A stretch of 32,000 bases of DNA from Candidatus Iainarchaeum sp. (GTDB lineage Archaea; Iainarchaeota; Iainarchaeia; Iainarchaeales; CSSED10-239), in the NCBI GenBank assembly GCA_028700115.1, contig JAQVTI010000001.1, positions 120,001 to 152,000 on the forward strand, given 5' to 3'. Below the pieces are notes generated by a model that saw only the letters and a list, made by a program, of their open reading frames with translations, did not search any database and was not told where the DNA came from. Position 1 is the stretch's first letter. Every line of letters starts with the position of its first letter. The translations under genes were made by a program, and so were the position numbers. Shown here in pieces: positions 26,607-32,000 of this stretch.

Positions 26607-28379
26607 TTATTCTTCCATTTCATCATTTTCTTCAGAAAAATCATCATCTATATTTTCAGGTTTACTAGATAAATGTTTTTCATTTTCATCATCCATTTTT
26701 AATTTTTCTAAAACCATTTTATCTAAATTTTTTTGTAAAATTTTAGGATCTCCCCCAACTGTATGAACTATAGCTTCTACTACATATGGAGAATATCTAG
26801 AAAATACTTTTCTTTTTTCTTTTTTCTCAGCATCTCTTTTTTTATCTATTAAAAACTTACCAAGTCTTCTTGCAACATCTTGTAATGCAAGCTTTAAATC
26901 AGTTACAATTTCTTCTTCATCTGCAATTGCAGATTTACCTGCAGAAGTATAAGGTATATGAACAGAGATTAAATTTACAAAAATAGAAATTGGTGCAGAA
27001 TCTATATTTGATATTCCATATCTTTTCCAATCAATTGAAGAAACTGTTTTAGTAATAACACATCCTCCGGCATCAAAAAGTAAAGGTGCTTTATTTGAAT
27101 ATCTAATTATTTCAGAAACTCTTACTTCTCTTATAGTTTCTCCATTTTCACTTGCTTCTTCTGCTTCTTCTTTTTTCTTTTTAGAAACTTTTGCAGAATT
27201 TAAACTAACAAGTCTTCCAGCTTGCCCACCATATGCCAACCCAACTTCAACTTGAAAAGCATATCCACCTTTATAAACAGAAGGTTTTCTAGTATTTACA
27301 AAACAAAATTCTGGATCAATTACAGATTTTAAAGACTTTTCAATAAAAGGTTCTCCAATAGGCACTAAATTTTCTGTATTTGGTGCAATAAATTTTGTTT
27401 GTTTTATAGCTTTAACAATTTCTTCTGCTTCATCCCAAGTTAATTTTTTTGGATCTTTATTAAGATCAAAATGAACTAATTTTGCAACATTATCAACAGC
27501 AGTTTGACCAAATCTATCATATGTTATTAAAAGATATGAAGATACTTTTCTTGCAGGGCTATATCTTGCAAGAGATAACATTTCATCAACTGTAACTCCT
27601 CTTGGATGTGGTTTTACTTGTTTTGGAATTTTTGGAAGTTTTTTTACACTTCTAGGATATAAAGTTATTTCTCCAGAAGGATCTTCAAATTTAATAGTTG
27701 CATGAGGATTAGAAATTGCTGTTCGTCTTAAATATTCATCTACTGAATTTTGTCCTTTTTTATATTGTATTTCTTTAAATTTAGACTTTATTGCAAGACC
27801 TCTAAATTTTTTATCTAAATAAATTTTTTCAGTAATTTTTGGGGAATTTGTTTTTGAATCTATAGATATTTCTAAAGAAACAGTTTTTCCAGTTGTAGTC
27901 CCAGAAATAACTTTAGTTGGTTTACCAGTTGTAATTTGAGAAAATAAAATAATTCCAGAAACTCCAATTCCTTGTTGACCTCTTGTTTGAACTAGTCTAT
28001 GAAATTTAGTTCCAGCTAAAAGTTTTCCTAAAGCACTTCCAATTTTATTTTCTGGAATCCCAGGACCATTATCAATAACAGAAATTTCAAAATATTCTTC
28101 ACTGATTTCAGAAAGTTTAACTTCTATTTCAGGTAAAATTCCAGCTTCTTCACAAGCATCTAAAGAATTAGTTACAATTTCATGAATAATTGTTGTAAGT
28201 GTTCTTTGTTTTCCATAAAGACCTAACATTTGTCTATTTTTTTTAAAAAAATCAGCTACAGAATTTTCTTTAAATTCAGAAAATAAAACATTTGCATCTA
28301 TTCCATCTGGATTTTTATTATCTTGAGAATTATCAATATCAATTTCTTTTTTATTTTTTATATTTTTATTATCTGGCAT
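26607..28379 (-). CDS. top6B: DNA topoisomerase VI subunit B (GHKL ATPase)
   Basis: '[24 protein letters not shown]', '[49 protein letters not shown]' GHKL motifs. Confidence 0.96.
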   Translation of the reverse strand: [590 protein letters not shown]

Positions 28380-28390
28380 CTACAATCACA

Positions 28391-28440
28391 TTTATTTTAA
28401 TTTAGGTTAATTTATTTTAATTTATTTTAATTTAGTTTAA
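28391..28440. repeat. Tandem repeat, 5 x 10 bp (consensus TTTATTTTAA)
   Basis: Units read directly: tttattttaa / tttaggttaa / tttattttaa / tttattttaa / tttagtttaa. Confidence 0.95.
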
Positions 28441-28449
28441 AAATATAAT

Positions 28450-28559
28450 TTAATTATTATAAAATTATTATAAAATTATTATAAAATTATTATAAAATTA
28501 TTATAAAATTATTATAAAATTATTATAAAATTATTATAAAATTATTATAAAATTATTAT
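28450..28559. repeat. Tandem repeat, about 10 x 11 bp (consensus AAAATTATTAT)
   Basis: Nine perfect aaaattattat units at 28461-28559 preceded by one degenerate unit at 28450-28460. Confidence 0.95.
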
Positions 28560-28696
28560 AAATATTACAAATTATAAATATTATATATATAATATATTAA
28601 AATATATTTATAAATATATTTATGATAAAGAAAGTAAAATAAATATAATAAAGATAAAACAAATAATTTAAATATATATTGTAAAATAAGATATTT

Positions 28697-30841
28697 ATGT
28701 GTTCGATTGCAGGTAGCTTTAATTTAACTCAAAGCATCAAAAATTGTTATGAAATGAATGTTTTAATGCAAAAAAGAGGTCCTAACCACACATCTTTTGC
28801 ACACATCAAAGATAATAAAGTATATATTTATGAATATACAGATAGATTTGAACAAAACAATACAATAAGCCATAATTTACTTGCAATTGTAGGAAACATA
28901 TCTCAACCTATAAAATATAAAAACACATTAATTACATCTAATTGTGAGATATATAATTGGAAAGAAATTTGTAAAAAAGAAAAAATAAATGCAAGAAATG
29001 ACTCAGAGATGTTAATTAAACTTTTTGAGAAAGAAAAAGTAAATAAGAAAACTTTAGAAAAACTAGATGGAGCATATGCATTTTGTTTCTGGAAAGAAAA
29101 CAAAATTTATCTTGCAAGAGATATTTTAGGAGTAAAACCTTTATGGTTTTCATATGAGAACAAAAGTTTTTGTTTTGCATCAGAAAAAAAAGCCTTAGAA
29201 AAAATTGGACGAGAAAAAATAGAATTTTTAGATCCAAGAAAGATTTTAATTTATGATATTAATAAAAATCTAATTAACTATAAAAAAAGAGAATTTATAA
29301 AAATTAAAGAAAATAAAAATGGTTTAGAAAAAAATAAAAAAATAATTCAAGAAAAATTAGAACAAGCAATTATTAAAAGAATTCCAGAAAAAAAACTAGC
29401 ACTTCTTTTTAGTGGAGGAATAGATTCTACAATAATTGCAATGATTCTTAAAAAACACAAAATAGATTTTACAGCATACTTTGCACATCTTAAAGGATAT
29501 AATGAAAATAAAGATTTAGAATATGTTAGAGAGATTGCAAAAAAATATAAAATTAAATTAAAAATTAAAAGTTTAGATTATAAAGACTTAGAAAAAAATA
29601 TTAAACAAGTTGTAAAAACTATTGAATCAACTAACCCTATTAAAATAGGAGTTGGCTTACCTATTTATCTTGCAAGTAAACTTGCTTCAAAAGATAAAAA
29701 TAAAGTTATTTTTTCAGGACTTGGTTCTGATGAGATTTTTGCAGGATATAATAGATTTAAAGAATCTAAACATATTCAAAAAGACACACTTAATCTACTT
29801 TATCAAATACATGAAAATGATTTAAATAGAGACGACTCTCTTACAATGGAAAACAGTATTGAGTTAAGACTTCCTTTTTTAGATTTACCTTTAATTAAAG
29901 AAGTAATTGGAATTGAAGATAAACAAAAAATTAACTCTGAAGAAAATAAAATTATCTTAAGAGAGATTTCAAAAGAATATAGTCTAGATGAAAAATATTT
30001 TAAAAGAAAAAAAGTTGCTGCACAATATGGTTCTGGGTTTGATAAAGGAATAATTAAACTTTCAAAAGAAAATAAATTTAAATCAAAATCAGAATATCTA
30101 AAAACTTTTTTAGAAAAGCAGAATCTTAATTTAGGATGTTTATATTCTTCTGGAAAAGACTCTAATCTTTCTTTAAATATTCTAAAAAAACAAAATTATA
30201 AAATAAAATGTTTAATTTCTATTATTCCAGAAAACAAAGACTCATACATGTATCAAACTCCTGATTTAAAAATTTTAAAAGCACAATCAGAATGTATAGA
30301 AATACCTTTAGTTTTAGGAAAAACAAAAGGTGAAAAAGAAAAAGAATTAATTGATCTTAAAAAAGTAATTAAAAAAGCAAAAGATAAATACAATCTGCAA
30401 GGAATTGTCTCAGGTGCATTATTTAGTAACTACCAAAGAGAAAGAATTCAAAACATATGTAATGATTTAGGTTTAAGATTGTTTTCACCTCTATGGAATA
30501 TAAACCAAGAAAAAGAAGTTTTGAAATTAATAAAAGAAAAATTTGATTTTAGAATTGTTAAAATTGCTGGATATGGACTAAATAAAGATTGGTTTTTAAG
30601 AAAAATAGATTTAAAAGCTTTAGAAGAACTTAAAAAACTAAATAAGAAATATGGTTTCAATGTAGCAGGAGAAGGTGGAGAATTTGAAACTATTGTTTTA
30701 GACTCACCTGATTTTAAAAAAAAAATAAAAGTTATAGACTACAAGATAAATTTAGAAAATGAATTTACTGGTGAAATTGAAATTAAAAAAATAAAAATAG
30801 AAGAAAAAAGAAAAACTAATTCTAACAAGTACAACCAATAG
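28697..30841 (+). CDS. Fusion: class II glutamine amidotransferase + asparagine synthetase domain + Dph6 (diphthine-ammonia ligase)-like PP-loop ATPase domain
   Basis: 'MCSIAG' nucleophile Cys2; 'ALLFSGGIDSTIIAMIL' PP-loop; 'FSGLGSDEIFAGYNRF', 'ENSIELRLPFLDLPLIKE'; second PP-loop 'LGCLYSSGKDSNLSLNIL'; Dph6-type 'LQGIVSGALFSNYQRERIQNICNDLGLRLFSPLWNINQ' and 'FNVAGEGGEFETIVLDSPDFKKKI'. Confidence 0.92.
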   Translation: MCSIAGSFNLTQSIKNCYEMNVLMQKRGPNHTSFAHIKDNKVYIYEYTDRFEQNNTISHNLLAIVGNISQPIKYKNTLITSNCEIYNWKEICKKEKINARNDSEMLIKLFEKEKVNKKTLEKLDGAYAFCFWKENKIYLARDILGVKPLWFSYENKSFCFASEKKALEKIGREKIEFLDPRKILIYDINKNLINYKKREFIKIKENKNGLEKNKKIIQEKLEQAIIKRIPEKKLALLFSGGIDSTIIAMILKKHKIDFTAYFAHLKGYNENKDLEYVREIAKKYKIKLKIKSLDYKDLEKNIKQVVKTIESTNPIKIGVGLPIYLASKLASKDKNKVIFSGLGSDEIFAGYNRFKESKHIQKDTLNLLYQIHENDLNRDDSLTMENSIELRLPFLDLPLIKEVIGIEDKQKINSEENKIILREISKEYSLDEKYFKRKKVAAQYGSGFDKGIIKLSKENKFKSKSEYLKTFLEKQNLNLGCLYSSGKDSNLSLNILKKQNYKIKCLISIIPENKDSYMYQTPDLKILKAQSECIEIPLVLGKTKGEKEKELIDLKKVIKKAKDKYNLQGIVSGALFSNYQRERIQNICNDLGLRLFSPLWNINQEKEVLKLIKEKFDFRIVKIAGYGLNKDWFLRKIDLKALEELKKLNKKYGFNVAGEGGEFETIVLDSPDFKKKIKVIDYKINLENEFTGEIEIKKIKIEEKRKTNSNKYNQ

Positions 30842-32000
30842 CTGCACAACTTTTACCCCAAGCAGTTGCCATTGCTTGACAAAGTGCGACATTACCGTCT
30901 GTAGATGACCTATAAAACATATCACTTGTATCAGTTGTAATCGAAACATTCCATGAAGATAAATTTCTATTCATTTTAGTTCTACCAAACATATAATACA
31001 TAGTAGATACATTTGAAACATCCCAATTAGATAAATCTTGGTTAAAATTACTTGCATATGCGAACATATTACGCATATTATTAATATTTGAAACATCCCA
31101 ATTATTCATATTAGAAACATAAGATACATTTGAACAATTTCTAAAAAAACCTTCTAAACTAGTAACCCCATTTAAATCTAAAATATCAGTTGCAGTTATA
31201 CTAGTTAAATTACTACAACCATAAAATGCATTTGTACTAAATTTTGGGTTAAACCCCCCCCAATGAGATATATTTGTAATTTTAGGATAATCTCCAGAAG
31301 CATTAAAAGACCAACCTTGAATAGTTCCAAACATATTTACATCATAAATTCCTGATGAAGAATAAGTATGTAATTTATCAGAATCATCATAAGAAGTTAT
31401 TTCTGAAGTAGTCCCATCTCCCCAATCTACTGTAAAATCATAATTACCTTCAGAAACTAAAGGTAAAGATATTTGATTAGCTTCACTAGATCCAGTAGAA
31501 GTTTTTGTAGTATCCCAAGTTGAAGAAAAATAAGGAATTATACAATCTTGACCACATGAAGAAATTGTTTCATCTCCATTACAAGTTCCATCTCCACAAT
31601 AAGGTGCATTATCACATGAAACAAGACTTGCTCCTAAATAACTTACAGGAATAGAAATATATTTACCATCATTAGTTTTTAATTCTAAAATAAATTCTTT
31701 TGAAGGAATACATATTATATCTAATTGATTACTTCTATTTGGATTAATAACTAAAGGAGTTTCTAAAGTATATTCTGTGTTTATAAAATTTGTATTTTCT
31801 GCGGTTGTAGAAATTAATTTATATGCAACAACATTTAAATCTTTATTAAAATTGTTATTTTCTAAAACAACTTTAGAATAATCCCCAGACATACTTTCAT
31901 AAACAGATCTGTATTTTATAAACCCATCTAAATCTGATTTATCATAAGTAACTACAGAAGATTCATCTAGATTAGATGTAGTAAAATCTTTTGAAAAAGA
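30822..32000 (-). CDS. BspA-like (DUF285 repeat) surface protein, partial at right edge
   Basis: Frame stays open from 31892 to the window end. 'WDTTKTSTGSSEANQISLPL', 'YDFTVDWGDGTTSEIT', 'MFAYASNFNQDLSNWDVSNVSTMYYMFGRTKMNRNLSSWNVS', Cys motif 'YCGDGTCNGDETISSCGQDC'. Confidence 0.85.
   Translation of the reverse strand, partial: SFSKDFTTSNLDESSVVTYDKSDLDGFIKYRSVYESMSGDYSKVVLENNNFNKDLNVVAYKLISTTAENTNFINTEYTLETPLVINPNRSNQLDIICIPSKEFILELKTNDGKYISIPVSYLGASLVSCDNAPYCGDGTCNGDETISSCGQDCIIPYFSSTWDTTKTSTGSSEANQISLPLVSEGNYDFTVDWGDGTTSEITSYDDSDKLHTYSSSGIYDVNMFGTIQGWSFNASGDYPKITNISHWGGFNPKFSTNAFYGCSNLTSITATDILDLNGVTSLEGFFRNCSNVSYVSNMNNWDVSNINNMRNMFAYASNFNQDLSNWDVSNVSTMYYMFGRTKMNRNLSSWNVSITTDTSDMFYRSSTDGNVALCQAMATAWGKSCAAIGCTC

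Noticed and set aside
28391-28559. CRISPR array
   Set aside because: Units are 10-11 bp with no spacers and nearly identical; this is a short-period tandem repeat and no cas gene is present.
28903-30949. ORFs 28903..29103, 29016..29237, 30448..30660 (minus) and 30752..30949 (plus)
   Set aside because: Antisense to the AsnB-Dph6 fusion or to the BspA-like gene; Phe/Leu-rich shadow translations.

Overview
AT-rich archaeal chromosome segment. Gene content and protein features suggest a small-genome DPANN-like archaeon (inference only). Most of it is housekeeping DNA. From left to right: the archaeal exosome/proteasome super-operon on the minus strand (rrp42-rrp41-rrp4-SBDS-psmA-pop5-rpp30); argS preceded on the same strand by tRNA-Arg(UCU); a membrane-anchored DsbA/thioredoxin-like protein; taw1 followed by a short HydA-like [FeFe]-hydrogenase H-domain protein with no ferredoxin domains; radA; a divergent PEP-synthase-like protein; tRNA-Cys(GCA); an Mre11-like nuclease; an ArsR/iscS/iscU/DUF1858 cluster; acetyl-CoA synthetase (ADP-forming) alpha; porCDAB; a zinc-dependent phospholipase C-like protein; ackA; topoisomerase VI A and B; an asparagine-synthetase/Dph6 fusion; and a BspA-like (DUF285) surface protein cut by the right window edge. 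The most notable observations are: (1) porB carries two separate in-frame inteins, a 343-aa LAGLIDADG-type intein and a 162-aa mini-intein, separated by only 31 extein residues and both inserted in the TPP-binding core; (2) a three-domain protein joins a class II glutamine amidotransferase, an asparagine-synthetase domain and a Dph6 (diphthine-ammonia ligase)-like PP-loop domain; (3) a minimal HydA-like protein keeps the four H-cluster cysteines but has lost the usual proton-transfer cysteine; (4) the divergent top6B / AsnB-Dph6 intergenic region holds a two-part helically phased A-tract repeat (5 x 10 bp, then about 10 x 11 bp); (5) tRNA-Arg(UCU) lies 25 nt upstream of argS. No CRISPR array, transposase or defence island was seen.
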